Under the pieces are notes generated by a model. It searched no databases. It worked only from the letters and a program-made list of their open reading frames with translations, and had not been told where the DNA came from. Below are positions 1-14,643 of a stretch of 64,000 bases of DNA, piece after piece. The DNA lies in the NCBI GenBank assembly GCA_965153355.1, contig OZ231126.1, positions 41,788,001 to 41,852,000 on the forward strand, in the 5' to 3' direction. The translations under genes and the position numbers were made by a program. Numbering within the stretch: position 1 is the first letter of the stretch; each line of letters starts with the position of its first letter. The DNA comes from Flaccisagitta enflata (Eukaryota).

Positions 1-232
1 TCTTTCTTTTTTTTGGCAGACTTTTCTAGTCAAAGTTTTCTTAAAAACGCATGGGAGAGATTTGTTTACGAAAAAAATCAAGGCGCAGAATGCCATGGTA
101 ACGACCGGATAGAACTCTTACAAATGCGACCGACTGACAAAGGGGGTTGTAAAGTCGCTTGCATGCGACTAAAAACAGACAATGCAGCCGACCGACAGAT
201 TGTTTTACAGACGTTTTACAGCAGTCACTTAC

Positions 233-362
233 CTTAACATCAGTGTGGAGATAACGAAAAGCGTAACACGTCATGAGAAAGAAAGTATGTTGAAAGGCGA
301 TGCACGTGCAGGGCAAATAGGCCACCAGATCGATACTCATCACCATAAACACGATGGCATAT
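233..362 (-). CDS. Candidate internal exon of a membrane protein (YAIVFMVMSIDLVAYLPCTCIAFQHTFFLMTCYAFRYLHTDVK)
   Basis: ttcctcttttcAG acceptor (363-364), AAG|GTAAGT donor (232-227), open hydrophobic frame in unique sequence. Confidence 0.5.
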
Positions 363-1598
363 CTGAAAAGAGGAAGAAGAAGAAGAATAGTCGCGAAAGC
401 GGTACCTGTGCCCTGCCTAAGTAGATTGTGACTGTTGTGAATAAAGTTGAAGGAGGGAGCAGGGCAGCGGCGCCGAAGGAGCTGTTTGCCGAGGTGCGAT
501 TATTGCAAAAACTGCAGCTAAGGTGCGACATCGCAGCCTAGCAGCAAAGACAACTCCCATTATTTATTTTGATTTACAATGGAGCAGATATATTGTTATT
601 GTATTTATTTTCGTCAACATGAAAATGCTTTCATGAGAGACTTCGAAATTCGTGAACAAATGAACAGTTTTGACTCATATTACAGCTATGTTACGGTTTT
701 GGCCACGTAACCCCCGAATCCCCTCTCCGAACTTGAACTTTTTAAGATGGATAGAGAACAGGGTCATCTTTCATATATATATCAGTAAGAAATTCCGCAG
801 TGAGGGGATTCAACCTCAACCATGCAAATGTTTAAAAAAAACGCTCCAAACTGGATAAAGTGTAACTAACGTCGCTTAAAATTCGTAGTAAGAACCAATT
901 TTTTAACATTTTTTTCTCTCTAGTTTTTTTGCTGTTCCTTCCTCTTTTGTTTGGTATGTTCAAACATGCGAACTCTTTCTAGTTTGTCTGTCAGAGGGAA
1001 TTTACTGAAACATGTTTTGCTGTGAAAATCCTATTCAAAACCGCGGTTTATCAATTTAAATACCATATTACTACGAAAATAAACACTTTTTTCCTCGAGC
1101 AAGGGTGCATTTCTTCCTCGTTTTATATCTATTTTTGGGAAAAAAAAACAAACAAAAAATGGAAAAAAATCAATTTAAATTTACCCTCTTTCAAAACTTA
1201 CGACATTTCTTAATTGCTATGTGAAATGCGACATATCAAAACTTCATTAGATGTTCCTGTATCTTATGATCAGATAATGCATTTCCGTTTTAAACTCCTT
1301 AGGATAAGAAAAACACAAATTTGCATGCACTATTTGAATGCATATTTTCAAAAAAAAATTTTCATTTGCTAACAAAAACATACTAGTTTTATCATAGCTA
1401 CATAGCTAAAGCAAATTTGGACTGGAAATTCTAATATCAATTAAATCCCAGATAATAACAGATAGAGAAAGAAAAAAATAAGAGCGACAAAAATCAGTGA
1501 TGATTGTAACTGCTAAGATGCGATATCATCGTAAGTGGTTGTTTTTACCGGACCTCAGCAGTCCCCCTCCCCCCCTCCCCGGGATGCTTTCACATATA

Positions 1599-2188
1599 CT
1601 ATCTAAGAAATAAAAATGTTTCCGCACTATTGCATGTATATCTCAGACTAGAATCAACGAATCATAAAAAAATTGGCAAGATTTTTAAAGCCCTTCAAAT
1701 TTGCAAGTAATCTACGCAAACCACATCTCTCTAACTCAATGCATTCAAAAGTTATTCAACTTTAAATGAAATGTTTCAATTTTGTTTTTGCCATATCAAC
1801 ACAATCTTCAAATGATAAACCTCACTTTTTTTCAAATAACTTCTAAACGCATTGAGCTAGACAGATGCGGTTTGTGTAGATTGCTTGCAAATTTGAAGGG
1901 CTTCATTTTTGTCACCAATTTTTTTAAGATTTGTTGAATCTCTTTGGAGCTATAAGTTAAAACGTAGCAACAGTAACGATCAAGAAAATCCCTTGAAAGG
2001 TCTGGAACGACATCACTCCAGAGTACTTAAAAAAGCAAAGCAAACCGCTTCTCTGATGAATGGCGGTAGTGATTTAGTCAAAAGAGGCTAACTTAAAATA
2101 TTCATGGATTCGCAATTGATTTGTGCTCATTTTCATGTCAATAAATGAAATAATGTTACAGGTGGAAACCTTTTTATTTCTTAGATAG
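1599..2188. mobile_element. TA-flanked MITE (Tc1/mariner-type)
   Basis: TA-CTATCTAAGAAATAAAAA(T/G)GTTTCC TIRs at both ends. It splits the motif GCTTTCACATATG..AATTT. Internal inverted repeat 1688-1743 / 1849-1903. Confidence 0.75.
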
Positions 2189-2460
2189 TATGAGGAATTT
2201 TCTCCTAGCGATGAGGGATTCAAGCCTTTGGGTTGAAATCTAGATTCTGGGGCTGGAATTTTGGCCTTGGAGCTGGGATTTGGGCCTTGGGCTGGGATTT
2301 AAGCTTGGGGGCGAGGATTTTTTCCTCGAGACTTGGATTTTAGCCTTGAGTCAGGGATTTTGGCCACAAGACTGGGATTTTGGCCTCGGGGCTTAATTTG
2401 GGTTTCCTGGCTGGGATTTGGTCCACAAGGCTGGGATTTGGGCCTCGAGGCTGGGATTTG

Positions 2461-2803
2461 CAGTCAATGGACAAAACACAATAGGTGTATAAATCATACC
2501 GTTAGCTTTGAACCAAAATCTTGAAAAAGAACATAATGATATATGCAACAACTAGTGGTTGAAATTACAGCTGGCTGTAATCTTTCAAATTGTAATGTTA
2601 GAGCCGGCTGTAATTCTGCCAACCAGTTGTTGCTCACATTATTTTGTTCATTACAGCCAGCTGTAACATTTCAATTTGCAATATTACAGCCGGCTGTAAT
2701 TTCAACTACTGGTTGTTACATACAATATTTTGTTCTTTTTCAAGAAGTTGGATCAAAGCTAACTATATGATTTATACACCTATTGTGTTTAGTCTATTGA
2801 CTG
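2461..2803. mobile_element. 343-bp palindromic MITE, CAGTCAAT..ATTGACTG termini, 4-bp TSD TTTG
   Basis: Inserted in a 21-bp array unit GGGATTTGGGCC. TTTG at 2457-2460 and 2804-2807. Internal TTACAGCCGGCTGTAA palindromes. Confidence 0.8.
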
Positions 2804-3063
2804 TTTGGGCCTTGGCGTTGGGATTTGGATCTCAAGACTTGGATTTGGGCTTCGTGTTTGGGCCTCGTGGGGAGGGGGGAGTACAAAGAAGGAGGAGAAG
2901 GAGGAGAAGAGGGAAAAAGAGAAAATTCCCTATATGTGTGAAAGCATAGGTCATCGACGCCCTCGGGGCCGCTGCCCAAAAAGGAGGAGAAGAAGAAGCG
3001 GAAGACGAAGAAGAAGAAGATGAAGATGAAGAAGAAGATGAAGATGAAGAAGAAGAAAGAATA

Positions 3064-3161
<98 letters not shown>

Positions 3162-3699
3162 GCCTGAAAAAAGGATTTGTACATTAACTACACACCGCTT
3201 TAACGGAGTTATGGCCAAAAGTAACGGAAACCCGTGAGATATTACGTGCTCGATATCAGGGGTGTTTATAAACGCCAAATAAACGCCGTCTATAAACAAT
3301 GCTATACAACTGTTTGTAAACATTAAAAATGCAAGTCAAATAAACGAAAATTGTTTAAATGGCAGTAAAAAACGTTGTTTATAAACGACTATATATCACT
3401 GTTTATGAACGAAGGAAAATAAGAGATGGTTTGACCTGATCAGTACAAACTGAAAATGTCCACACTAGAAAATGTTCTATTAGAAAAATCAAAATTTTGA
3501 AGGTTGCTACTGATTTTTTTGACCCCAAAAATCGTTAAAAAGAGCCCATAATTGATCGTTTATAAACACAATAATATTGTTGTTTATAAACAACAAAAAT
3601 TAAGTGTTTGTAAACGATAAATTTTTTGTATTGATAAACACCAAAAAATAAAAAAAAATTGTTTATTTGCCCTCTATTTCTTTTGTTTATAGCCACAAA

Positions 3700-5975
3700 A
3701 ATTGCAATGGAAATATTACTTTAGCATCTTTTTTCTCCTCCTCCCCCTACTCCTCCTCCTCATCCAAAATCGTTTATTTGCTCCCAATTTCCTTTCCAAA
3801 TAAACAAAAAATCGTTTATTTGGCACCATAATTTGTTTTCATAAACGTTTACACTCCTTTAGAAGTTTTTGTGTTTATAAACACCAAAAATATGAACCTC
3901 ATAAACGAATTTGTTTATTTGGTACCATAAATTGGATCTCATAAACAGATTTTTATATTTCTCCCCTCCTCCTCCTCCTCATCCAAAATCGTTTATTTGC
4001 TCCCAATTTCCTTTCCAAATAAACAAAAAATCGTTTATTTGGCACCATAAATTTGTTTTCATAAACGTTTACACTCTTTTAGAAATTTTTTCTAAATAAA
4101 CAAAAAATCGTTTATTTGCACCCAATTTTCTTTCCAAATAAACAAAAAATCGTTTATTTGGCACCATAAATTGGTTTTTATAAACGTTTACACTCTTTTC
4201 GAAATTTTTTCTAAATAAACAAAAAATTGTTTATTTGGCACCATAAATTGGGTTTCATAAACGTTTACACTCCTTTAGAAATTATTGTGTTTATAAACAC
4301 CAAAAATATGAATCTCATAAACGAATTTGTTTATTTGGTACCATAAATTTGATCTCATAAACAGATTTTTATATTTTTTTCCTCCTCCTCCTCCTCCTCC
4401 TCCTCCTCCTCCTCCTCCTCCTCCTCCTCCTCCTCCTCCTCATCCAAAATCGTTTATTTGCACCCAATTTTCTTTCCAAATAAACAAAAAATCGTTTATT
4501 TGGCACCCTAAATTGGTTTTTATAAACGTTTACACTCTTTTAGAAATTTTTTCTAAATAAACAAAAAATTGTTTATTTGGCACCATAAATTGGTTTTCAT
4601 AAACGTTTACACTCCTTTAGAAATTATTGTGTTTATAAACACCAAAAATATGAATCTCATAAACGAATTTGTTTATTTGGTACCATAAATTGGATCTCAT
4701 AAACAGATTTTTATATTTTTTTCCTCCTCCTCCTCTTCCTCCTCCTCCTCCTCCTCCTCCTCCTCCTCCTCCTCATCCAAAATCGTTTATTTGCACCCAA
4801 TTTTCTTTCCAAATAAACAAAAAATCGTTTATTTGGCACCATAAATTGGTTTTTATAAACGTTTACACTCTTTTAGAAATTTTTTCTAAATAAACAAAAA
4901 ATTGTTTATTTGGCACCATAAATTGGTTTTCATAAACGTTTACACTCCTTTAGAAATTATTGTGTTTATAAACACCAAAAATATGAACCTCATAAACGAA
5001 TATGTTTATTTGGGACCATAAATTGGATCTCATAAACAGATTTTTATATTTCTCTCCTCCTCCTCCCCCTCCTCCTCCTCCTCATCCAAAATCGTTTATT
5101 TGCTCCCAATTTCCTTTCCAAATAAACAAAAAATTGTTTATTTGGCACCATAAATTTGTTTTCATAAACGTTTACACTCTTTTAGAAATTTTTTCTAAAT
5201 AAACAAAAAATTGTTTATTTGGCACCATAAATTGGTTGTCATAAACGTTTACACTCCTTTAGAAATTATCGTGTTTATAAACACCAAAAATATGAATCTC
5301 ATAAACGAATTTGTTTATTTGGTACCATAAATTTGATCTCATAAACAGATTTTCATATCTTTCTCCTCCTCTTCTTCCTCCTCCTCTTCCTCCTCATCCT
5401 CCTCCTCATCCAAAATTGTTTATTTGCTCACAATTTCCTTTCCAAATAAATAATAATTGTTTATTTCGCACCATGAATTTGTTTTCATAAACATTTACAC
5501 TCCTTTAGAAATTTTTGTGTTTACAAACACCAATAAAATGAATCTCATTAACGAATTTGTTTATTTGGTACCATAAATTTGATCTCATAAACAGATTTTT
5601 AGTCGCGTGCACGCGACTCTACAACCCGCTTTGTCGGTCGGTTGGTCGGTCGGTCGGTTGGTCCATCGGTCAGTTGGTCAGTCGGTTGATCGGTCGGTTG
5701 GTCAGTCACACTTTACTTTTTTTATGGTTTTATTTCTTTGATCTCACTGCTCCTGCCCACATGGTATGGTGACCTCAAATATGGTCCCTGCCCACCCGCA
5801 CGCGACTTCGGTAGCCGTGTATCAGGCCTTGTTATACTTCTCTCCTCCTCCTCCCCCTCCTCCTCCTCCTCATCCAAAATCGTTTATTTGCTCCTATTTT
5901 CCTTTCCAAATAAACAAAAAATCGTTTTTTTGGCACCATAAATTTGATTTCATAAACGTTTACACTCCTTTAGAT
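3700..5975 (+). repeat. Left-arm tandem array (~230-340-bp modular unit with variable (CCT)n; motifs ATAAACG, GG(T/C)ACCATAAATT)
   Basis: Recurrent unit, seen as the repeated pseudo-ORFs MFIWYHK..PPPP..HPKSFIC at 3911, 4327, 4669, 5002 and 5557. Confidence 0.95.
5597..5832 (+). mobile_element. HINE/DINE-1-like Helentron-associated element, family A (representative; related copies ~6299-6508, 6601-6862, 18071-18265, 23121-23480, 24850-25160, 34914-35072, 49856-50058, 55734-55924)
   Basis: 5' TTTTTAGTCGCGTGCACGCGACT palindrome, (GGTC/CCGT)n microsatellite, 3' GCACGCGACT plus hairpin GCCGTGTATC(C/A)GGCCTTGTT. Inserted in a T-run of the satellite with no TSD. Confidence 0.8.
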
Positions 5976-6904
5976 GACTAATACTGACTTAAATTGACTC
6001 AAAATGACTTGGATATACCTAAAATGGCTAAAATTGACTTATTATGACCTAAATTGACTTAAATTGACTGAAATTCAAAAATGACACAAATGACTTAAAA
6101 TGACTTAAAATGACTTAAAATGACTTAAAAATGATCTATTTTGAACTCAAAAGACTTAATTGACTTAAAATGTCTTGATAGGAGTAAAACGAATAAAAAA
6201 AGTAAAATGGGGACCAACCAACCAACCGACCGACCAACCAACCAACCGACCAACCGACCGACGGACGGACAAAGCGACTAAAAACAGAGATAAAAAGAAA
6301 CAAGGCCGGATACACGGCTACCCCAGTCGCGTGCGGGTGGGCAGGGGCTGTAATTGAGGCCACCAGATAATTTGGGCAGAAGCAGTGAGGCCAAAAACTG
6401 CAAAACCCCCAAAAAAGTAAAGTGTGACGGACGGACGGACCGACCGACGGACGGACCGACGGACCGACAAAGCGGGTTGTAGAGTCGCGTAGCACGCGAC
6501 TAAAAAAACAGGGACGCAAAACGACGATCGCGAGCACGCGGTTATTTTTTGGTCTTAGCCAGTCGGGGAAATCCTAACAAACGCGTAGATCGACACTTCC
6601 TTTTTAGTCGCGTGCACGCGACTCTACAACCCACTCTGTCGGTCTGTCGGTCTGTCGGTCGGTCCGTTCGTCCGTCGGTAACGCTTTGCTTTTTTTGTCG
6701 TTTTAAGTCATTTTAAGTCATTCTCAGTCATTTTATGTCATGTAAAGTAATTCTAGTCAATTTATCTTTAGTCTCTTAGTCTTTTGGTCTTTTTGTCTTT
6801 TAGTTTTAGTCTTTTGGTCTAATGGTCTTAACAACCGCACGCGACTGTAAGGTTTTGGCTTGTTCTTTTTTTCTTTCTTTCTTTCTGTCTTTCTTTCTTT
6901 CTAC

Positions 6905-6966
<62 letters not shown>

Positions 6967-7194
6967 GCCTTCTTGTCCGCCTTTCTTCCTTTTTTTTCTG
7001 TCTTTCTGTCTTCCTTTCTTTCATTCTGCCTTTCTTCCTTTCTTCCTTTCTTCCTTTCTTCCTTTCTTCCTTTCTTCCTTTCTTCCTTTCTCTCTCTTTC
7101 TTTCATGCGTGCATTTTACGGAGAACAAGGGGGTCTCTCGAAAGATCTCGGGGAAAAAACGAAAATGAAAAAGAAAACAAAAAAGAAAGAAGAG

Positions 7195-7225
<31 letters not shown>

Positions 7226-7277
7226 AGAAAAAGAAGAAGAAGAAGAAGAAGAAGAAGAAGAAGAAGAAGAAGAAGAA

Positions 7278-7324
<47 letters not shown>

Positions 7325-10300
7325 AGAAGAAGAAGAAGAAGAAGAAGAAGAAGAAGAAGAAGAAGAAGAAGAAGAAGAAGGAAGAAAAAGAAAACGGAGA
7401 AGAAGAAGAAAAAAAGAAGAAGGAGAAGAAGGAGTGAGTTGAGTCCCGAGATCTCTCGAAGTCTCGGAGACTCTCGGAGACTGCTTGGAGAGCTCTCCAA
7501 CTCTCCGAGACTCTCCGAGTCTCTCCGAGACTCTCCGAGACTCTCCCAGACTCTCCGAGACTCTCCAAGACTCTCCTGAGATCAGGCTCGGACATGCTCT
7601 GTCAGATCATGTTTTTGATGTTGATATTGACCATCAAATCATCAGTATGTCTTTTTTCGTTGTTTCTGCACAAATTTGAAATTACTTTCTCATTACTTTT
7701 TTCCAATAAACAGTGGGCAAAAAAAAAGCGTACATGACGGTTTTTGATGCCTTTAACCGACTTGGTTTCAATGAAAATTAAAACAATTGGTGACCGTTTG
7801 AAAGATATTTAAAAGTTCTTCAAATCTAGACCAAGCAGAAAGTTTTTGCTTAATTCGTTAAGAAATGGCCACAGTTGGAAGTGAGCATCACCACTTGAGG
7901 GGATTCTGTACTTTCAGCTCTGTCTTTAAAAGCATAAACAAGGCCGGATACACAGCCAATACCAGTTGCGGACGGGTGGGCAGGGGCGGAAATGCGGGTT
8001 TTCCCACTTTTCAACTCGATGACCCCGGACAGACCAACGGACGGACGGACCAATGGACGGACGGACAAAGCCTCATATAGAGTTGCGTGTCCGCAATTAA
8101 AAAGGTATCTGACAAAAGGAAACTAAAGAAAATTTGAGAAAAATGAAAATATAACTTATTATCTACAAAATGGCGCCAAGCAGACCTTTTTAAGTCAATC
8201 CGTTTAGATATGGCAATCAAATAAAGACATTTAGTCCATGATTTCAAGTTAGTAAAAAACATCTTATCTGGCAGATTTCAATGTGATACTCTTTTAAAGA
8301 TTAACATAATTTCTTGAGTTTTTCAAGTTAGAATTTCGTTCAATGACTCAAATCAAAAATTTTTCGAAGCTTTTTAGAATGGTCCAAGATTTTTTGTACT
8401 TTCTCTAAAGCAGCACCAAGTTATGATAGAAATAAGCAATGTACGATTTCTTTTTTGCCCATGATTATGTCACATTAAGTTTCTTTCTTTATCTCTCATT
8501 TTTTTTCTCGACCTTCTCCGTCCGTTTGTCTGTAAAAGCGTCTGTTTGTCTTTCTGTATGTATGGGAAATCTGCTTCCCCAGGTGAGCTTTAATCCAAGG
8601 CCTTGTCAGAGGGGAAGCTGTGGTCACTCATGTTATTTGCCTGCCACGCTGTGTTCTCTTTGTCAATATTGTGACATTGTCTCACTATCTGACACAGATC
8701 CGTCCGTCCGTCCGTCCTTCCGTCCCCCCCCCCTCGCCAAAGCTTCTGAGCCTCATGTTCCCATTGAATAACATGGAAAATTGAAGAAATGCAAAATTCC
8801 CATTGAATAACATAGAAAATTGATAAAAAAATGAAAAAAATTTGAAACACCCATTGAATAACATGGAAAAATTGACAAAACTTTGAAATAAATGCAAAAT
8901 TCAGATTGAATAACATGGAAAATTGACAATGAAATGGAAAAAAATTCAATCTTCTCATTGAATAACAAGGAAAGTAGCCCCAAAAGCAAAAAAATGTGCC
9001 ATTTGAGGACGTCTGGAAATACACCTGTGTCCTAGAGGACATCGGCCCTTTGGGGCCGCTGCCCTGCTCTCACTCCACTTTTGCAGCTAATCACTCCAAG
9101 CAGGGCATCGGGTACCTCTAACCATGTGCGATCCTTGGATGACTAGTTTGTCTATATGTTGTTGTCTGTCCATGATGCAGAATTCCATTAGCCAAGGCCA
9201 ATTCAAAATAATTTGTGGCCTTATGTGGGGTTGAGATGGTGAGAGGAGCAGCGGCTGATGACCTTTGCTTTCACATATGGGAAAATTTCTCCTCCTCCTT
9301 CAAGGATAGGGTATGGGCCTTGAGGCTAGGATTTGAACCTCAAGACTGGTATTTTTAGCCTACAGGTTGAGATTTTGGCATTGAAGCTGAAATTAGGGCT
9401 TTGTGGCCAGGATTTGAGCCATTGGGCTGAAATTTGAGCATCTGAGCTGGGATGTGGGCCTTGGGGCTGTCATATGGGCCTTGCGGATTGGAATTTTGAC
9501 TTTGGGTTTGGTATTGGGCCTTAAAGCTGGGATTCGAGCATCGAGGCTGGAATTTGGGCTTCAATGCTGAGATTTAGGCATCAAGGCTGAGATCTTGAGT
9601 TGTTTTTTTGTTTGTTTTTTTTTGGGGGGGGGGGCGGGAATGTAAAGGAAGGAGAAGAAGGAGAATGAAGACATTCACCATATGTGCGACTTATATTGTG
9701 ATTTGTGAGAGCTTAGGTCATCGGCCCCTTCAGGGCCGCTGTCCAAAAGGGATCCAACCAACTGACAAACCAAATGACATAACAACACAGCCGGGTGTAG
9801 AGTCGCGTGACACTCGACTAAAGATGATTTATTTTTTGAAGCGGCAAAAGAACTAATGGCAAGGAGTTGGAGAAAAAGCGATGATGAGGATGTCGTGTCC
9901 ACAACCAAAGATACCGATGAAAAAGTTGGGGTTGAGCAATGATGATTGGGTGATGTTTTTTTTTGGGCAGCGGCCCCAAAGGGCCGATGTCCAGTAGGAC
10001 ACAGGGGTGAATTAACAGATGTACGTCCATCCGTCCGTCTGTCCGTCCTCCCCCCAGGCTTCAGGTCAGGCTTCAAATCAGCCCTGTCAGGCCCCAAATA
10101 AGCCCTGTCAGGCCCATAATCAGTCCTCTCACTCTCAGGCCCAAAGCTCCACCCTCTCAGACCTAAAATCAGCTCTTTCATGTCCTAAATTAGCTCTCTC
10201 AAGCCCAAAATCAGCCCATTAAGGAAATATATCAGCCTTGTTAGGCCAAAAATCAACCATTTCAGGCCTAATAACAGCCCTCTCAAACCTAAAGTCTGTC

Positions 10301-10531
10301 TCAATTCAACCCTAAAAATAACCCTCTCAGGTCTCTAATCTGCCCTCATCCCTCATCTCATTACTGTGCTCTAATCAATCAAATCTGTCCTTAAATAAAA
10401 TGTGCTTTCTCAGGACATCTGGAAATTCACCCCTGTGTCCTACAGGACATCAACCCTTTGGGGCCGCTGCCCTGCTCTCACTCCAAGCAGGGCATCGGTA
10501 CCCTGACCATGAGCGATCCTTGGATAACTAG

Positions 10532-10646
<115 letters not shown>

Positions 10647-10898
10647 CGTTGTCGTTGTCATTGTTGTCGTTGTCGTTGTCGTTGTCATTGTTGTCGTTGT
10701 CGCTGTTGTCGCTTTTGTCATTGTCGTCGTTGTTGTCGTTGTCGTTGTCGTTGTTGTTGTTATTATTGTTGTTGTGGTTGTGGTTGTGGTTGTGGTTATG
10801 GTTGTGGTTGTTTTTGTTGTTGTTGTTGTTCTGATGATGATGAAGGTGATGATGATGATGATCATTGATCAACAACGCGACATATCGAAGGTTGGACG

Positions 10899-11040
10899 TT
10901 TCGCATCACATTCATGAATGCGCGGGGCATCTTGCCATTCCGATTTTCGCATCACATTCATGAATGCGCGGGGCATCTTGCCATTCCGATTTTCGCATCA
11001 CATTCATGAATGAGTGGGGCATCTTGCCATTCCGATTTTC
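10899..11040. repeat. 46-bp tandem repeat x3
   Basis: TCGCATCACATTCATGAATG at 10901, 10947 and 10993. Confidence 0.95.
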
Positions 11041-13162
11041 CGTTCAGGATTGCTCCTTTCTACAAGATGCCCCTGAACTGCTCTGTTATAGAGAGACGGA
11101 CTAAGGAGCTTTTTTTCAAAGAAAAGTTTCTATCTTCTATTCATCCCGACCCTCGACCCGAAGAAGTCTAATCCAAGTGATTTCTTTTCCCTTCTTTCTT
11201 TTTGACCATGGTCATTTCTCGTGCCATTGTTTGCTTTTTCTTATAAATTTGATTGATCTTGTATTTTTGCCGAAACCCGACGTGTCGGTTGTAAAGCCTT
11301 TCGTTTTTATTGGGCAGCGGTCCCGAAGGGGTTCTCCCTCTTCTCCGTCCCCCCCCCCTCAAGGCCCAAATCCTAGTCACGAGACCCAAATCCTAGCTTC
11401 GAGGCTCAAATCCCCACTTCAAAGCTCAAATCCCAGCCTCAAGGCTCAAATCTCAGTATCCAGTAATCACCGCAATTATCGACCCAGATCGGACACACTG
11501 ACCGAGACTCTTTCTTGTATCATTGATCAATATCCAGTGTGCTACACCGAGACAGACCGCCGTGTCAGACAGACAGACAGACAGGCAGACCCTCAAGCCC
11601 TGCCCGGTTTTTTTTCCTTTCATTTTTTTTTTCTGAAAACATTCATGACTGATTTCTTATGATCTTTTGAAGAATGATTGTTTTTTATTTATGTATTATA
11701 CTTCATAATTCTTATTATTTCATTTATTACTTTTTTTTTAGTTTACTTTTTGTTTTGTTTTTGCTTTTATTATATTTCTTTCTTTATTTTTTGAATTTTC
11801 CCTATTTAGCTTTCAGTTTTCAGTTTTCAGTTTTCAGTTTTCAGTTTTTATTTATCATCTTTACTTTTCAATTGGGCTTTGTTTATATTTTTTTTTTCTT
11901 TTAACTTTCTATTTTTATTTTGTTATCTTTATGCAAAAAAAAAATTATAAAAAATATAATCAAAATTAAAGAATTGTATAATTATAGTTGTATAATTATA
12001 TATTTGACTTATATTAAAAAAGATTTGGCAAGGATCGTTGAATCTTGCAGATGCATGACTCTCCCGGAATCTTAATGAATAATTGAATGAGAAGAGAGAA
12101 AATGGGATTCATTGGAAGGACCAAAAGGACGATCTGGATGGGGTCATCATCCCTACACCCTACTTACAGCAATTTTCACGATTTGAGACAAATAGACATA
12201 ATACAGTTTGATCAGTTTTAAAAGGATCTATGTTTGTACATATTTTTTTTTTTGGTTTGGCTATCGTTCAAAAATATTAGGAAGAGCGTAGTAGTAAGTT
12301 TTTAAAAAAGAGATATATGTAACGGATGGTCAAAAAAATAGTTACTTTTTTGTTTTCTCCTATTATTTGTAAAAAAGTGTTTAGAGTAAAACTTTTTTTC
12401 AGCTAAGAAGATATGGAGCAGGAGAATTTTTTTGTTATTGTGATTTTTGTAGTTTTCCTATACATATCAATTCAATTATGGACCACCTTGATTTTTTGTT
12501 ATAATTTTTTGTATGAAAATGAAAATTGTTTTATAGATTAACTATCAATAGTTAAGGATGACCCAAAAGCTGGTAAAAAAACTAACAAAAATTATGAAAA
12601 TAGAAACTTACAACAAAACAAAGTATGCTTCTTAAAAAATCCTTTTTATTTTTATTGAAATCTCTCAACCAAAGCTTGGTTGCTTATGAATAACTTTAAT
12701 TATTTCAAACAGGACCTAATCAATATATGTGTTTCTTAAAAATAAGTGATTATCTATGTTATTACTGATTTATGCACACATTTTACTTTTTTGTATTTAT
12801 GCAGTTATTTGTTTTAAAAAATTCAAAAACTTGTTTTTTTTTATATACTTTACTTCATTTTTAAGATATCAACTTACAAAAAAAATTTCAAACTAGTTGG
12901 AAGAAAAGCTAGCGTAGTCACTTTTTTTTGACCACCCATTATGTGCATATTTTTCTTTCTTTTTTTTTCTTTTTGTTTGTTTGTTTGGTCTTCATTCAAA
13001 AAATGATAGGAAGGGCTTAGTAGTCAGCTTTTCCCAAAAAATCAGTCCTTTCTGGATTAGATATAAGCTAGGTGCATAGCAGAATCAAGTGAATCAAATT
13101 TTTTCCACAATTTGGCTATTTGGTTCATGTAAGATTTGAATGAATAGACCCACCAACCTGTG

Positions 13163-13248
<86 letters not shown>

Positions 13249-13492
13249 CCTCTGTTCATTGGTATACCATATTCTCCCAATTCTGGATTACCTTCGATCG
13301 CGATTCCACGTGTTTCCATTCTGTTAAAAAAACGAGTGTTTTCTGTGGCACAAAAACTCGCGATCTTGACATACTTTTTACTCGCGTGCTATGCGACTCT
13401 ACACCCCGTTTGGTTGTTCCGTCCATCCGTTGTATCCGTCCGTCCATCCTTTGGTCCGTCCATCCGTCCATTTGTCCGTCCGTCACACTTTA

Positions 13493-13988
13493 CTTTTTGG
13501 GCAGCGGCCCCAAAGGGCCGATGTCCTGTAGGACACAGGGGTGAACCGTTACGTCCGTCTGACATTACGTCCCCCCCCCCTCCAAAGCTTCTCAAGCCTC
13601 TCAGGCTTCAAATCTGGCCTCTCAGGCCTCAAATCTGGCCTCTCAGGCCTCAAATCCAGCCTCTCAGGCCTCAAATCCAGCCTCTCAGGCCTCAAATCCA
13701 GCCTCTCAGGCCTCAAATATAGCCTCTCAGGCCTCAAATCCAGCCTATCGGGCCTCAAATCCAGCCTCTTGGGCCTCAAATCCAGCCTCTTGGGCCCTAA
13801 ATCCAGCCTCTCAGAACTCAAATTCTCATCAAATAATATGTCAGAGAGACGTAACGGTTCACCCTGTGTCCTACAGGACATCGGCCCTTTGGGGCCGCTG
13901 CCCTGCTCTCACTCCACTTCTTCAGCTAATCACTCCAAGCAGGGCATCGGGTACCGCTGACCATGTGCGATCCTTGGATGACTTGTTT
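13493..13988 (+). mobile_element. HINE-like family C with ~45-bp inverted repeats and central 21-bp tandem array (related copies ~9958-10530, 15130-15577, 16197-16558, 20490-21185, 25950-27105, 30220-30720, 31608-32106, 40180-40673)
   Basis: GGGCAGCGGCCCCAAAGGGCCGATGTCCTGTAGGACACAGGG ... CCCTGTGTCCTACAGGACATCGGCCCTTTGGGGCCGCTGCCC, followed by a conserved 3' module GCAGGGCATCGGGTACCGCTGACCA. Confidence 0.8.
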
Positions 13989-14522
13989 ATTATACTTTAA
14001 GTCATTCTTAATCATTCTAGGTCATTCTAAGTCATTCTAAGTCATTCTAAGTCGTTCTAAGTCATTCTAAGTTATTCTAAGTTATTCTAAGTCATTTTTA
14101 GTCACTTTATGCCACATTAAGTCACTTAAGTCAATTAGGTCAAATTAGATGTTTAAGTCATTTCGAGTCTTTTTAAGTCATTTCAAGTCATCTTCAGTCT
14201 TCTTAAGTCATCTTGAATCATTTAAAGTCATCAAGCCATTTATGTCCTGCACGCGACTTGTAGGGGTTGGCCTTGTTAGGTGTGACAAAGCACCTCCATA
14301 ACTGGCTGTGTCCGTTGGTTGGTCGGTCGGTAAGTTGGTTGGTCGGGTAACGCATTTGTTCAACGATCCACACGTTGCACCCTATTGGCCTACTTGGCCT
14401 TGTTTTTTCAAAAATAGATTTCTCCTAATTGATAACAGATGCAAGGAAGCAACTCTACTGCAAGTTCAATTTGGATTTACTAGGATAAGCGACCTTTCAA
14501 TAATTCGAAGTGGAAAAATACA

Positions 14523-14591
<69 letters not shown>

Positions 14592-14643
14592 GCACACAAA
14601 AGCTGATTTAAGAAATGGTTAATCATTTAGTAATAATAAGATA

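Noticed and set aside
340-531. ORF as an additional exon of the leftmost gene
   Set aside because: 385-475 matches the HINE 3' module seen at 32140-32230.
3911-5981. Repeated MFIWYHK..polyPro ORFs
   Set aside because: Translations of the arm satellite with variable (CCT)n; frames are not preserved between units.
6806-7595. Long poly-Glu/Lys/Phe ORFs (and similar SLSL, RERE, HSFI ORFs elsewhere)
   Set aside because: Microsatellite translations.
10899-11040. CRISPR-like appearance of short repeats (also 8755-8965)
   Set aside because: Head-to-tail repeats without unique spacers, no cas genes, eukaryotic context.
13291-13320. Possible ~29-nt minus-strand micro-exon (ttaacAG...AAG|GTAATC)
   Set aside because: Too short to support without transcripts; cannot be linked to other exons.
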